From: Octopus vulgaris
Taxonomy: Eukaryota
Assembly: GCA_951406725.2 (NCBI GenBank)
Contig: OX597822.1
Location: forward strand, 82,956,001-83,020,000
Direction of reading: 5' to 3'
DNA: 64,000 nucleotides
Both the position numbers and the translations under genes were made by a program. Positions within the stretch are counted from its first letter, which is position 1, and the number at the start of each line of letters is the position of its first letter. Of the stretch, positions 1 through 12,744 are shown piece by piece. The notes beneath the pieces are model-generated. The model searched no databases and was not told the origin of the DNA. It saw nothing but the letters and a program-made list of their open reading frames with translations.

Positions 1-40
1 CGTTTACAACTATCACGCGATGTCAATGTAAGGAGAGAGT

Positions 41-76
<36 letters not shown>

Positions 77-249
77 GTTTCCGTCTACCAAATCCGCCGA
101 CGAGGCTTTGGTCAGCTCGGGGCTGTTGGAAAAGGCACTTTCCCAAAAAGTCACGCGGTGGCACTTAACTTTTCTCCTTCCCAAATCGATGGAGTAAATA
201 CCAGTTACAAACGGAAGCCATTCTCGCATCCTCCTCCTCGTTTTTCGTT

Positions 250-635
250 TATTCTTTTACTTGTTTCAGTCACTTGACTGCGGCTATGCTGGAGCACCGC
301 CTTTAGTCGAGCAAATCGATCCGAGTACTTATTCTTTGTAAGACTAGTACTTACTCTATCGGTCTCTTTTGCCGGACCGCTAAGTTACAGGGGCGTAAAC
401 ACACCAACATCGGTTGCCAAGCCATGTTGGGGGGACAAACACAGACACACAAACACATATGCACGCACATATAAGACGGGCTACTTTCAGTTTCCGTCTA
501 CCAAATCCACTCACAAGGCTTTGGTTGGCCCGAGGCTATAATAGAAGACACTTGCCCAAGGTGCCACGCAGTGGGACTGAACCTGGAGCCATGCGGTTCG
601 TTAGCACACTACTTACCACACAGCCACTCCTACGC
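250..635 (-). mobile_element. SINE family A (tRNA-like head + CORE-like box + internal microsatellite site + 3' tail), near full length
   Basis: The reverse complement reads ggctgtgtggtaag...gttcagtcccactgcgtggcaccttgggcaagtgtcttctattatagcctcgggcc...ggcggtgctccagcat...gaaacaagtaaaaga. More than 15 similar copies occur in the window. ccttgggcaagt resembles the CORE-SINE box. Confidence 0.85.
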
Positions 636-1789
636 CAGTTGATGAATCTGAAGTTAAAATCTCATCACTATCAACTGTGCTTTTCGTCTTTCAGAATCAA
701 TAAAATAGGTACCAGGAATATACTGGTGTCAATCCGGTCGAATATTTCTCTTCTACATTGTTCTACTAAATGCATGGCATTGTGCCAATAATATAAATCA
801 TTATTCCATGCTAGAGAATCTGGCGTGCACCTGAAACGAAGTGGGTAAATTTGTGTTGGAGAGTAGTTGAGTGATAGTAAGAATAGTAAAATAGTCGTAA
901 GCTGCTACTAAATCGAGTCTGTGATTAAAATTTCAATTCACACCCGAGGCGTCTGAATTCAATTATTTCCTTGTACTTTTCAGTTCGTGTCAGTAATCCA
1001 AAGCAAGATGGTCTCTGATTTACTATCGGAAAAAATTTCGATTTACTATTAGCAAAATTCAATAGCCAATGAGAGTCACAAACATCAAAAGAAGCCCACA
1101 GAAAATCGAACACATGTCGTGAGTTTCGGCCCCCTGGTGAAATGAGTTTACAAGATTTAATCTGTAATGAAAGTCTTTTTTGTAAAAGGTGTTTCAAAAA
1201 GATCTCAATTACTTGAAAGACAGGGTATTTGCATCGAGAAAAACATCACAGAAATTATATTTACGTGGAGGAAAGTGGCGAGTGCTATAGGGAGCGCATT
1301 AAGATCTAGGATTGTCTTAGAGTGTGAAACGGTTTCAAATCACAGGAAACATTGTGCTTCCCATATGTGATTCATATCTTTGGGAAAGGTATGAATGCTC
1401 AAATCTCAACAAAGATATAAAGCTTGGCCAAAATAAAGCCGCGTGTAAGTGGAAGTCACTGTTGCCGTAAAGTATATCGAGTGGAAAATAATTATGGTAA
1501 TTAAAGTGAAAACTGATTAGTACACAAGAGATAACCTCGCTGTGACTTCCGTCCTCAAGGCAGTTTCGTTTCATGTTTCACGTCATCTTTGCCTTAAAAG
1601 GAAGTGTCAATGCCTTAAACAGTCTTACAGGTATGCGATGTGCGCCAATCTTAAACCATGATGGTAATTGATTGAAAATGATAATACATCAGCTCAACGA
1701 AGATACCCTTATCGCTGCCTAAATTCACTAATGCCACACCAAGAGACGCGTCAAGTAGGGGAGGCTCTTATTATGCCTGTATTGAGTTC

Positions 1790-1968
1790 TTTTATCCTTT
1801 TATTTGTTTCGGTCATTTGACTGCTGCTATGCTGGAGCACCGCCTTTAATCGAACAAATCGACCCCGGGACTTATTCTTTGTAAACCCAGTGCTTATGCT
1901 ATGGATCTTTCGCCGAACTGCTAAGTTACAGGGACGTAAACACACCAACATTGGTATCGAGCGATGGT

Positions 1969-2021
<53 letters not shown>

Positions 2022-2175
2022 ACGATGGGATTCTTTCAGTTTCCGTGTTCCACATCCACTCACAATGATTTGGTAAGCTAGAGGCTATGATAGAAGACAC
2101 TTGCCCAAGGTGCCACACACTGGAAATGAACTCGGAACCATGTGGTTGGGAAGCAGGCTTCTTACCACCAGCAGG

Positions 2176-2178
<3 letters not shown>
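1790..2178 (-). mobile_element. SINE family A with internal (CA)n
   Basis: Same head, core and tail as 250-635, with (CA)n at 1972-2023 in the internal microsatellite position. Confidence 0.85.
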
Positions 2179-2225
<47 letters not shown>

Positions 2226-2894
2226 CCTTGATTTTTACATGAATACAAATCTGGTTCCGTCGCACATACTTTATTTTGGTAAGCACTGTAGTTCTTTTCA
2301 TGAATCAGAATTCGATGTCTAAGTAATGTTAATATTCAGCGGGAATTGGTTAGCCATACTGCGTAGCGAGAGTGAGAATTTCTTTGATACTAACAGTTTT
2401 GGGCATTCATTAGAAACCTTCAGAGAACGATTGATTATTATTCAGAAGATATGAAGAGATTCTCTTACATTCGGGGGGAAAAAAACCCGAAAAATATCTG
2501 AATAAAAGGAACTTTTAACGACGTCTTCGTTCAAGTTAGTGTTTATATGACGTATGAAAGAAGACATATTCTACATAAGTATATGCGAGTGTATGTTTGT
2601 GCACGTGTGTCTAAGTATAAGAAGAGTTGGTTTTAAATAGTTTGGAATGTATATATATTTGTAAATGCGAGTGAAAAGATGGAGAAGTGAATGCGTGTGT
2701 GTGTGTACCAGTCTGATTAACATAACGATAATTGTGTATGTAAGTATCTCTCTCTGTCTTTTGAGAAGGATGATTCTTAAAATAGTAGCAGACAATTATT
2801 TAGAATTTATCAACGAGAAAAATGCCCGTCGGTTGTGGCCATTGACAGAACTGTTGTTCCGTACCGCGCTTCTGTTGAGTGCAGCATCCTGACC

Positions 2895-3095
2895 ACCAGG
2901 CCTGAAATTTCGAGGGCAGAAGGGTAAGACGATTACATTGACCCCAGTGCTCAATTGGTCCTAATTTTATCAACCTCAAAAGGATGAAAAGGAAATATCG
3001 ACCTCGGAGGAATTTGAACTTCAGAGCGTAATGGAGCGGAAGAAATAGCGCAAAGTAGTTTTTCCAATGCTCTAATACCTCTACAAGCTAGCTTG
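2895..3095 (-). mobile_element. SINE family B, degenerate
   Basis: gaccccagtgc...aaggatgaaaag...cgacctcggaggaatttgaact matches the family B consensus on the minus strand. Confidence 0.7.
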
Positions 3096-4225
3096 ACAAA
3101 GTGCTAAATATAATGGCGGTGTGTGTACAATATAATGACAGTGTGTTAAATATAATGACGATGCTTGTTAAATATAATGAGCAAATTTCATTGATATGCT
3201 TCATTGAGGAAAACGATAACTTTCTTGTCAAGTAGTCGAGCAAAACCAATCCAAAGTTCTTTTGTTAAACAGGAACTCAGGCTGTCGCAACAAAGCTTTT
3301 ACATTGTCATCGCATATTACTTGTCGGTTTCTATGTCGGTCAAAATTTCGTTCAAACTGATTTTATTGTGTAGTATTTCTCTCTTTACGATTTGTCTGCA
3401 GATATTTTCGAAATAGGTTTCACGCTGTAATTACTTATAAGATAGAAAAGAAACAAAGTGTCTACTATAAAAATCTAATAAAAACACAATAACTTTGACG
3501 AAAGATTCATAAATAGGATAATCCAACATCATGTACGGCAGCAAAAGGAAAACAAATTAAATTTAATTGCTATAAAAACTTGAAAGTAGGGCAACTGTTG
3601 AATTATTGTTCTAGAAAATATATTTGTCACAGAAATCTATGCTAAAGAATTAACACAACTACTGAGCCTCGATGTAGTCGCTCCACTTGCTAGAAATAAC
3701 TACCAAAATCTCCTTCAAACTGCGCTGTGTTACGTTACAAAAAGCAATGCTTTGAATAAGACATGCTAATCACAGCAAGAATGCCTTCGCCCTTCTTCTC
3801 GATCAAGGTCGACCTCGGTGTTAAACAGCAATCCACTGTCGCCATCACCAGCAGAGCACCAACAGCAGCATGCGGAACAGCGTTAATTGGAGCCATAATA
3901 CAACAAACAGGAGGAGTTATGGCAACGCAAACTTTATTCAATAAGAGACATTTTAAAGAGGAAACCTTACGTTAAAGCAAACCGTATCAGAGGCGCATTG
4001 TGTACAATGCGCAAACACACACACACAGAGGAATACAGAGAATGTGAGTGAGTGAGAGAGAGAGAGAGAGAGAGAAAAAGAAAGAGAGATAGGGGGAAAG
4101 TAGAGCCGTATCTGAACAATATATAAACGTGGCGAAATCGTAATTGAAAAATATACAAATACAGTTGAATAATATTTGAACTGTACACACACGCACATGA
4201 ACACACACACACACACACACACATA

Positions 4226-4607
4226 CTGTCGTCGTCGTGGCACTCCGTCGATTACGACGACGAGGGTTCCAGTTGATCCGATCAACTGGGACAGCTTGCT
4301 TATGAAATTAACGTGTAAGTGGCTGAGCACTCCACAGAAACGTGTAGTTCTTGGGGGAAATTCAGCGTGACACATGTGTGACAAGGCTGGTCCCCTTCGA
4401 AATATAGGGGCAACAGAAACTGGAAGAAAGAGAGAAAGTTGTGGTGAAAGAGTACAGCAGGGTTCACCACCACACCCTGCCGGAGCCTCGTGGGGCTTTA
4501 GGTGTTTTCGCTCAATAAACACTCACAACGTCCGGTCTGGGAATCGAAACCGTTATCCCACGACCGCGAGTCCGCTGCCCTAACCACTGGGCTATTGCAC
4601 CTCCACA
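4226..4607 (-). mobile_element. SINE family C (tRNA-derived, Arg-like head)
   Basis: The minus strand has an A box (tagcccagtggttag) and a B box (gtttcgattccc). The tail ...ctggaaccctcgtcgtcgtaatcgacggagtgcca is shared with 44115-44402 and 63405-63706. Confidence 0.85.
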
Positions 4608-4727
4608 CACGCTCTGTAAACCACGTTTGAACACTATAAACTCATTGCATGAGGCAATTCGCTTTGGAAACATGTTGCTCTTGGTTTGATCCTGCCACAC
4701 GGTATTGGTCACTTATAAAAATATATA

Positions 4728-5187
4728 CTAGTCTTAAACAAGAATATTATTGACAGTGACTTCGAAGATTCAGCCAGTTAAGCCAACGTCGGATTGCGAT
4801 GCTTTGAAATTAATCTTGGGATTTATGTAGTCACTGTTGATTTAAAGTCATCCTTTGGTGTGTGGGTTCGAGTAGGGTGGTAATTAGATTTTAGGGCGGG
4901 TTGTTATGGAGAGGCATCTTGGAGAAATATTCTCACCTGCTTACAAAGTACTACACGCATTGATAAATTCTAAACAATGACATAACCCCAAAATTAATTT
5001 TAAAAAGATTCTCCAATACACCTCTCCATAACAATCCACCTAAAATCCAATTACACACCCAAGGATGATTTTAACTCACCATAGACTATAAAAAAATACC
5101 AAGATTAACTTCAATACATCGTAGTCTGACGATGGCTTAACTCGCCGAAACTTCGAAGACTGTCAATAAGTTCTTGTTTAAGAATAG
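4728..5187. mobile_element. Head-to-head inverted repeat, probably a Penelope-like pseudo-LTR pair, each arm with a decayed hammerhead
   Basis: Arms at ~4728-4930 and ~5007-5187 are imperfect reverse complements. A possible 12-bp TSD lies at 4718-4729 / 5188-5199 (10/12 match). Confidence 0.75.
5121..5163 (+). ncRNA. Minimal type I hammerhead motif, cleavage dinucleotide deleted
   Basis: GTAGT-CTGACGA-T-GGC(ttaactc)GCC-GAAA-CTTCGAAG-[TC missing]-ACTGT. The partner arm (4753-4797, minus) keeps the TC but has core mutations. Confidence 0.65.
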
Positions 5188-7469
5188 AAAATTTGTACTC
5201 TGCCAAAGTAGAAAGGGAAATGGTAACAAGAAATTATTATTTATCTCATTTTCACTCTCTCGAGAACATACATGTTTGTGCAAGTGCGCGCATATATGTA
5301 TGTGTATATGTATTTATGTATAACACACACCCACATTTGTGTCTACATGTACATGTATGTAAGTGATGGCACTTACAAGGCAACTTGCTTTTACTAGAAT
5401 TTCGGCAAGTCTCCGATAGTTTCTGTCTTAGACGTGTCACTTACAAGGCATTTGTTGAGCCGAGGTTATGATGTGGTTGAAGAATTTGGTCAAGATTCCG
5501 CGTAGTATTGTTGGGCGCATGTTGGTGCTTGAATGGCTAAAGTCGAGCTTCCTTCATAGCCAGGGAACTCGGTATTGTTGCTGAATCACTTATGGATTAC
5601 ACAGTGCTCCCTTCGTCGACAGCGGTGAACTAAGCCTGTACTATACAATCAGGTTGATTAGATTGACCGAGTTAGCGTACCGCCTGTTGCTGCATACAAA
5701 CTGTCGACTCTTCACTGGAAATATCGCACTTAATGTACTCAAACCCACCACAATTGGACAAAATAGTTTCTTTTTCTCTCAAAAGAAGAGAAGCGTACAA
5801 AAAAATTATATCGTTTTGTGTTTCTTTAGTAACTACAACTATTAATTTATAGCAATTCATAGCAATATTTATTAACTTATATATTGTCTACATAACTTAT
5901 ATTTTCGGAAGATAACTAATAATGATCGACATGAAGTCTGAATGCAATAAATCAATGTCACGAGCTACTACTGTTAGTAAAACAAGTAGGATTTCTTATT
6001 AGCTCTGTTATGATTAAGTGTCATATATAATACAATAAAATAACTCAGAACTGCTACAATGAAGTCAGTAAAAAAATCTAAAAAAAAACAAAACATATTC
6101 GGATCTTTAAACCTGCGTAATTATACTCGAGTTTATTTGTTATGGCTGTTGTTGTTATTGCTTTGAGTTTTATATCTGCACAATTTACCGCAACAATCAA
6201 ATATACAATTATTAGATCATATAAAAGGAAATTATCTATAACCAATCACATTAAGTTATTTTTCTGGCTAATATAATCAAATAGTTCGGAAAATTAACTT
6301 ATGAATTAAATTAAGAAATAATGGTTTTTCTCTCAAGCAACTTTTTTCGCCGATTATTACAAAATTTCTCATCGAAATATACGGTTTCACACAAGATACT
6401 TTTTAGCATGAATGTTTATAACTGTTAATCCTGATTCCCAAGGTCAAATTTCATTAAATTATCCTAATCACCCAATCATCAGTAGCTAAAGGACAAATTA
6501 ATAAAGAGTTAAACTAATAAAACGAAGCCTGATGGTTCGTATTTTGTTATTGACTCTGCTCCGTGTTTATGGCAAATGCATGTTAACTTAACACTCGCTG
6601 AATCAACCTCTTTTGTAGTAAATAGATGTTATGAGTAAGTACAGTTCATTGTTCTCTATAAACAGTTGTACCACAGTATAATCATCGTTAGTCTGGAGTG
6701 GCGAGGAGAAGCGCTTCTAAGTCCTTAATGACGGGGTTTTGTTTGAGTAATTCTGTGACTACCATCACGTCTCGAGGACGGGTGGGGGCCACAGATTGAA
6801 CGGACAGGGACTTTGTAAAACCGGGTTCCTGTATCATATATAACATTTAGTTTTTAATTTTTTTGTTTTTTTGCAAACACTGTACAATTGTAGGCGAGCA
6901 CTGGACCAATCGATTTCACAATCGAGTTTAAATTTCCAGGATTAACAATAAAATAAGTGTTCCGGCAGTTGCTTCTGACAAGACTCTATGGAAGAGGTGC
7001 CCGAGAACTCTATCCTCACTGGATTTGTGGGTGGAAAAGATGGATGGATGGATTACACCAAAATATACCTGATAAAGATATAAACTTAATACAATCCTAT
7101 TTCGCACTGTTTTTTAATCTCAGGCCTAATGCTTATGCAAGAAATCAATCTTATTTAAAATAAGAAACAGCAAAACATTATGGGTACGCCGAAAGTTTGC
7201 GAAAATTCGCAATCATAACCAAGTTTTCATTTCAGCTTCAAAATTGTTTAATTTCATTTACATCATGAATAGTTGAGGAAAATGTATGACGACTATAAAT
7301 CCCACCCGCTTCGAAAGTGTCACCTTTTGAGGGCAATCGAAGGACCGCAGTGTTTTTGAATAGAATTGTGACGTAGAGAAAAAGGTAAGCTCTTGGCAAA
7401 TGGAACTACGAATCGAGTTTTGACTGCCGGCTTTAGTTATTTTTCTTAGGCAATATCATCATCATCATT

Positions 7470-7737
7470 AGCAACTACAACAATCCCTGGACTTTAATGT
7501 CTCGATTTTTAGGACTAACAGGGCCGGTTACTTTGTCTCCAAGGCGACTAAAGTGACCGAGATCACAACTTCCCTCCCTTCGCTTCCAGACCGGTGCAGG
7601 ATTACTCATTTGCAGACGAGTAGACTGGAATAACATGACATGAAGGATTTTGCTCAAGAATACAACGCACCGCCCGGTCCAAGAGTGGAAACCACGATCT
7701 TACGATTGTTAGTGCAGCACTAACCACTGGGCCACGA
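7470..7737 (-). mobile_element. SINE family C variant
   Basis: The minus strand reads gtggcccagtggttagtgctgcactaacaatcgtaagatcgtggtttcc...gttgtattcttgagcaaaatccttc. Confidence 0.7.
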
Positions 7738-7824
7738 TCATTTCATGTCATGAACGCCATTGAGAAATGACAGGACATCCCACAATTGAATTTGTCTTCG
7801 AAAAGAATAATCATTTTTACTGGA

Positions 7825-8013
7825 AGCACAAGGCCTCAAATTTGGGGGAAGGGATTAAGTCGATTAGATCGACCCCAGTGCGTAACTGGTACTTATTTAA
7901 TCGAATGAAAGGCAACTCGACCTCGGCGGTATTTGAACTTAGAACATAAAGACAGACGAAATACTGCTAAGCATTTCGTCCGGCGCGCTAACGTTTCTGC
8001 CAGCTCGCCGCCT
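7825..8013 (-). mobile_element. SINE family B monomer
   Basis: ggcggcgagctggcagaaacgttagc head and B box gttcaaat on the minus strand. Confidence 0.85.
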
Positions 8014-8289
8014 TCTCTTCTGTAAGAATAACAACAATAATCATGATAATAATCATGATAATCATGATAATAATCACGATAATCAATTAAGACGAGGAAA
8101 AGATGGCGGTAACAGCAGCGCGGTGACCAACACCCAAGGCCAAACTTTAAAAGGAGGGTGCGCATTTGGTCGGATCGATATCAATGTAAAACTACTCCTT
8201 TCCGGAATCAACAAGGCAGCCCTCAGTATAGTCGATCAGTCTGCTAGAAATAGCAGCTAAAAATCTTCATTAAATTATACCTTTCACCT

Positions 8290-8652
8290 TCCACTTGTTT
8301 CAGTCATTTGACAGTAACGATGCTGGGGCACCGCCTTGGAAAATTTTAGTTGAACGAATCGACCCCAAGATTTATTATTTTTGAAGCCTGGTACTCGTTC
8401 TATCGGTTTCTTTTGCCGAGCCGTAAAGTTACGGAGACGTATAACAAACCAACATCGGTTGTCAAGCGGTGGTGAGGGACCAGCATACATACATAAGCTT
8501 CTTTCAGTTTCCGTCTACCAAATCTAATCACAAGGTTTTGCTCGACCCGAAGCTATAATAGAAGACACTTGCCCAAGGTGTCGCGCAGTGGGATTGAACC
8601 TGAGGCCATGTGGCCGAGAAGCAATCTTCTTACCATGCAGCCACGCCTGCGC
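8290..8652 (-). mobile_element. SINE family A
   Basis: Matches the family A head, core and tail. Confidence 0.8.
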
Positions 8653-10157
8653 CAACATACCGCATAGTTTTAAATAACGATGGATACATTAGAAAATATA
8701 GTTCCAGTTAATAAGATGGGTTGTCTTTAGTCATAAGTCTTCTTGGTCAGGACATGCTCGCAGGCCACAACATAACATAAACTGGAAATCCTTTCTCAAT
8801 TACAGAGATCCATCGGGTCAGGGCTCCACTCTGATTTCCCTGGCGTTAATGATATAGAAAAAATCTAATCCAACGTAGCTGTCTTTGCTCGCAGTGTTAC
8901 CACCACCAACAACAACATTATCAATCATGAAGTGGTTTTATGAGACAGCACTGCGTAATAATTTCTTCATATTCTTCAAAAATATTCTTAATCACAAGTC
9001 GAATCTCTTTTAAAATTGGAGCAGTCTATCCTAATTTAGCTAAGATCTTTTTTCCTAAGTTTGTTGGTAGATTCTTCAGGTTCTGCGAGATACTTTAACG
9101 TCTATTGCGAAAAAAGCTTCGTTTTCAATTTCGTTTAGAAAAAGAGCAGAATTCTGTAGTTGAATTGAAGACATAATCTTTGTCTTATCCATTTTTACCG
9201 AAGCATTATATACGAGTGGAACTTGTGAATACATCTTGTCTCAGAATCTGAGAAGAAACATACACACAAACATTCACAAACATACACACACCAGTGACTG
9301 CAGCACGACGACAATAACGACATCATCATCAACAATGCAAATCTCACAAAAGATGTCCATAAGAAAGAGGGGAAACGAACCAGCAAGAATAATCTGAACA
9401 AACAGCCATATTGGTGGCAACAACAGCAGTAAATGCAACAGCAGCAGCAACTACAAATATAGCGGTAAGAGTGACAGCAGCAACAATGAAGACAAGAAAT
9501 ATGAGAGCAACAACAGCTACTACAATAACAAATTGATTTACAAAAGAAAAAAAAACAATATGGCAGCGAACATGTTATAGGCCGCGAGGTATGAGAGTCG
9601 TTAGAGCGGAGAGCAAAATACCGCTCTGAAGTTGTTCTATCTGCGCTCCAAGTTCGAATCTTGCCGGAGTCAACTTTGATCCTTTTTGAGGTCGACAAAT
9701 GAAATACAACTAAACCAGGTTAACGGATTGGTGAGGCTGTTAGAGCATTGAGCAAGTGTTATAGAAACTGTTTCGGATTTTTGCTTTCTGAGTTGTTGTT
9801 AGGGGAGGTAGACGTAATCTGTCACCTGGTTCAACACTCCTACCTGGTCCTTCGTTGAATTTAGGGTTTACACAATAGTTACCTTTGAGACTTGCTCACT
9901 GGTTTGAGGATAAATTTCTTCCTGTCAGGGCCTCCCATCGTAGGCTCTGAAAAATTGAGGGTCATTGAGATTTTCCTTCCTTTCTTGATACAAGGAAGGA
10001 TAACCCTGGATATTGTAGCCCTAGATACATTGTGCCAGAAACAAAAAGTTCGTTTTTGACTGGAACATTTTTGATCATAAGATCCAATCGATCAGGGTTG
10101 GACGATGAAAACGACAACATTACAATGAAATCCCACAATTTCTTATTATAAAAATAG

Positions 10158-10555
10158 CTTTTTCTATTCTAGGCACAAGGCCTGAAATTTTTGGAGAGGG
10201 GGCCAGTCGATTAGATCGACCTCAGCGCGCAACTGGTATTTAATTTATCGACCCCGAATGGATGAAAGGCCAAGTCAATTTCGGCGGAATTTGAACTCAG
10301 GACGTAAAGACAGACGAAATGCCTATTTCTTTACTACCCACAAGGGACTAAACACAGACAGGACAAACAAGGACAGACAAACGGAGTTAGTCGATTATAT
10401 TGACCCAGTGCGTAACTGGTACTTATTTAATCGACCCCGAAAGGATGAAAGGCAAAGTCGACCTCGGCGGAATTTGAACTCACAACGTAACGACAGACGA
10501 AATACGGTTACGCATTTCGCCCGACGTGCTAACGTTTCTGCCAGCTCGCCGCCTT
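10158..10555 (-). mobile_element. SINE family B dimer
   Basis: One head plus two internal units, ending in the ...gtgcctagaatagaaaa tail. Confidence 0.85.
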
Positions 10556-11339
10556 ATCATAACAATATATTAATAGCAAAATTTTAGAAATGGTAAAATC
10601 TAAAAAAAAAATCTATTGAATAATGTTTGTACAACTAAAAACGTTTATATAAACAAAGGCATGCCGGCTGCAAGGATTCTGTCGTTTTTCAGTTAATAGT
10701 GCACCCTGTATGTTAATTAGAAATATAATTAATACAGATTATGTAGAACTTGTTACTACATTATCCAGATCTGTTCTTATTTTAGTACTGTAGGGTTGAT
10801 GTCACGGAATTTTGATTGCTAACTGTAGCAGAATGCGAGCGAACTCGTAGTGGTATTATTACTAAAGAGGGCAGCTTAAAAATAAAACCAGAATCTGAAT
10901 AAAAACTACTCAGTCAAGAATGGTAATGGATCTTAATGCGGTATATCTGAATTCATCATTTTAAAGCGTAATAGAAAATGGAATGTCTTACCTTTAAGTT
11001 CTTACTGACCAACCATAATGAAATATATAATGCGAATTGATTACAACCGGAAATCAAAACTCTTTCACTCGTGTGATATCTTCTAGAAATATATTATTTG
11101 ATTAATTGCGAATCGGTTTTACTTCTCCGTGGAAAAGATTAGAACGAATATTTGCTTAAGTAGAACCATGATGCAGATAGACAACTTTTGCAGTAATGGT
11201 AGAGATTGTAGTAGATCTAGCAAGCCTCATTCTTGACATTATTTTCTGGTACTGGATTGACTTAATGACGAGCATTCAGGTCGTGATTTCAGTTCCCAGG
11301 CTGAAACAGTTTGTCAACGCATTGTTTCCAGTTACACAT

Positions 11340-11750
11340 TCTGTGGTTGTGTTATTGATTGCAAGAAGTTAATAGTTGGTGTGATTCTCCAGCGCAAGTT
11401 TGCTTGCTTTCCAGACCCGAAACCAAGTGTAATGCTTTAAGCGGTTGACCTACCAGCTTGTGCATAATCTCGTATCTACTTCTGCTCCAGTTTTTGATTA
11501 GTATCCATTCCCGGTCAGCAAATATATTTAAGAGTCTCACCTGTGGTCCATGAATTATAAATGGAAATACAAAGATCGATCGACTGGTTGGCTGCAACAT
11601 ATCGGCCAAGGGTCCTCTTTTTCTCTCCCCACACATTCATTTTCCTTTAAGATCATGAACATATCTCGAGTGAGCAAGAATCGATCTGGTAAAATTCAAT
11701 TCAACTTTGATCCTACCAATCACATTCCACTGACACGCAAAGCATAAATA
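11340..11750 (-). pseudogene. Decayed 3' end of a CR1/L2-like LINE ORF2
   Basis: The translation FPFIIHGPQVRLLNIF...IKN...LHLVSG resembles the C-terminal SF..GP.LFN.LP...LD.FL..VPD tail of CR1-type LINEs. Recognised by eye. Confidence 0.45.
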
Positions 11751-11900
11751 TTGCTCCTCCCCAAAACACAAAACTCTCATTCATTATATCGAATCCATGG
11801 TTAGATATAACGAATGAGAGTACAGTTGTATATTTAAGAGCTGAGGAATTTTGTACATTATTTACATTTGACAGATATTTGTCCTCTTCTTGTTTGTTAT

Positions 11901-11945
11901 TAAATACGTTTCGGCTGATATACCATCCAGCCTTCATCGGGTGTC
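11901..11945 (-). ncRNA. Decayed copy of the same hammerhead (CCGAUGA core, stem I 3' arm lost)
   Basis: Reverse complement: GACAC-CCGATGA-A-GGCTG(gatggtatat)CAGCC-GAAA-CGTA. Confidence 0.7.
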
Positions 11946-12187
11946 TTGGGAAAATTTCAACAACAAACAAGATGAGAACGAACATCCGTCAAATGAAAAT
12001 AATGTACACAATTCCTCATCTCTTAAATATAGAACTGTATTATCTAATCGGTACGGAGCCGACATTAGATTTCAATGGAGACATATAAACTCCATCAAAA
12101 ATTAGCTCGTCTTTCAAACATCTAACTTTCTTAAAAAAGAGAAAGAAAAAAAAAAAACAAACAAAAAAAGGTTCGAAATTTCCCCAA

Positions 12188-12233
12188 GACACCTGATGAA
12201 GGCTGGAGGTCATATCAGCCGAAACGTTGTGTT
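12188..12233 (+). ncRNA. Minimal type I hammerhead ribozyme, intact core
   Basis: Stem I GACAC/GTGTT; CTGATGA at 12193-12199 plus an extra A; stem II GGCTG/CAGCC; GAAA at 12221-12224; palindromic AACGTT stem III; GUU site. Confidence 0.85.
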
Positions 12234-12744
12234 AAAAACAAGCAAGATGAGGATAAATATCCGTCAAATGTAAATAATGAACGAATGAGAGAATATCAAG
12301 CGCGCCATGGTCACGCTTTATATTTGAGCTCCTTTCTTAAAGTTGGAGTCTTAATCAACTGACCCCTCATACTCGAACCATATCAACAATGGATTTCCAG
12401 TTTCTCTGGTTCAAAGTCTCTCTTTTACATTCCCCGATGTTCCAATGTTGTCACCACTACTCTTCGAACCCCTCCTGTTATCTGTAAGGAAGTTGCTCGT
12501 AATGCTAGAAATAACAACCAAATTTCTCCTAAATCACACCACATTCTCTTAAAACAGACATTGTGGATCTAAGTGCCTTGCAAGTAGGAATGGTCATGGC
12601 TGAAATATCTTTGATTACACATCTACTTGGTTTGCTTCAAACGGATAAGATTGATTTGATTTTTGGTCATCGATTAATCTCCATTCACATTTTATTGTTT
12701 TTATTCTTCCTTGTAAATACAAAACAGGCACAAGTCATAGTCGA

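Larger units (their letters stand above)
11821..12279. mobile_element. Penelope-like composite insertion (inverted + direct pseudo-LTR pieces) with 12-bp TSD
   Basis: TSD AACGAATGAGAG at 11809-11820 and 12280-12291. The minus arm (11821-11958) is mirrored by plus pieces at 11959-12040 and 12175-12279. Confidence 0.85.

Noticed and set aside
3100-3180. Four ~21-bp aatataatgRc repeats, and (ATAATCATG)n at 8037-8085
   Set aside because: Ordinary short tandem duplications with no further structure.
1480-3420. Possible Tc1/mariner relics here and at 7180-7400, 15080-15790, 21142-21560, 29280-29640, 42225-42560 and 61680-62400
   Set aside because: Only faint motifs or single termini are present, and I could not pair TIRs or read a convincing peptide.
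9195-9698. 167-aa Cys-rich ORF
   Set aside because: It is a degenerate (CAG/CAA)n tract fused to a SINE B remnant.
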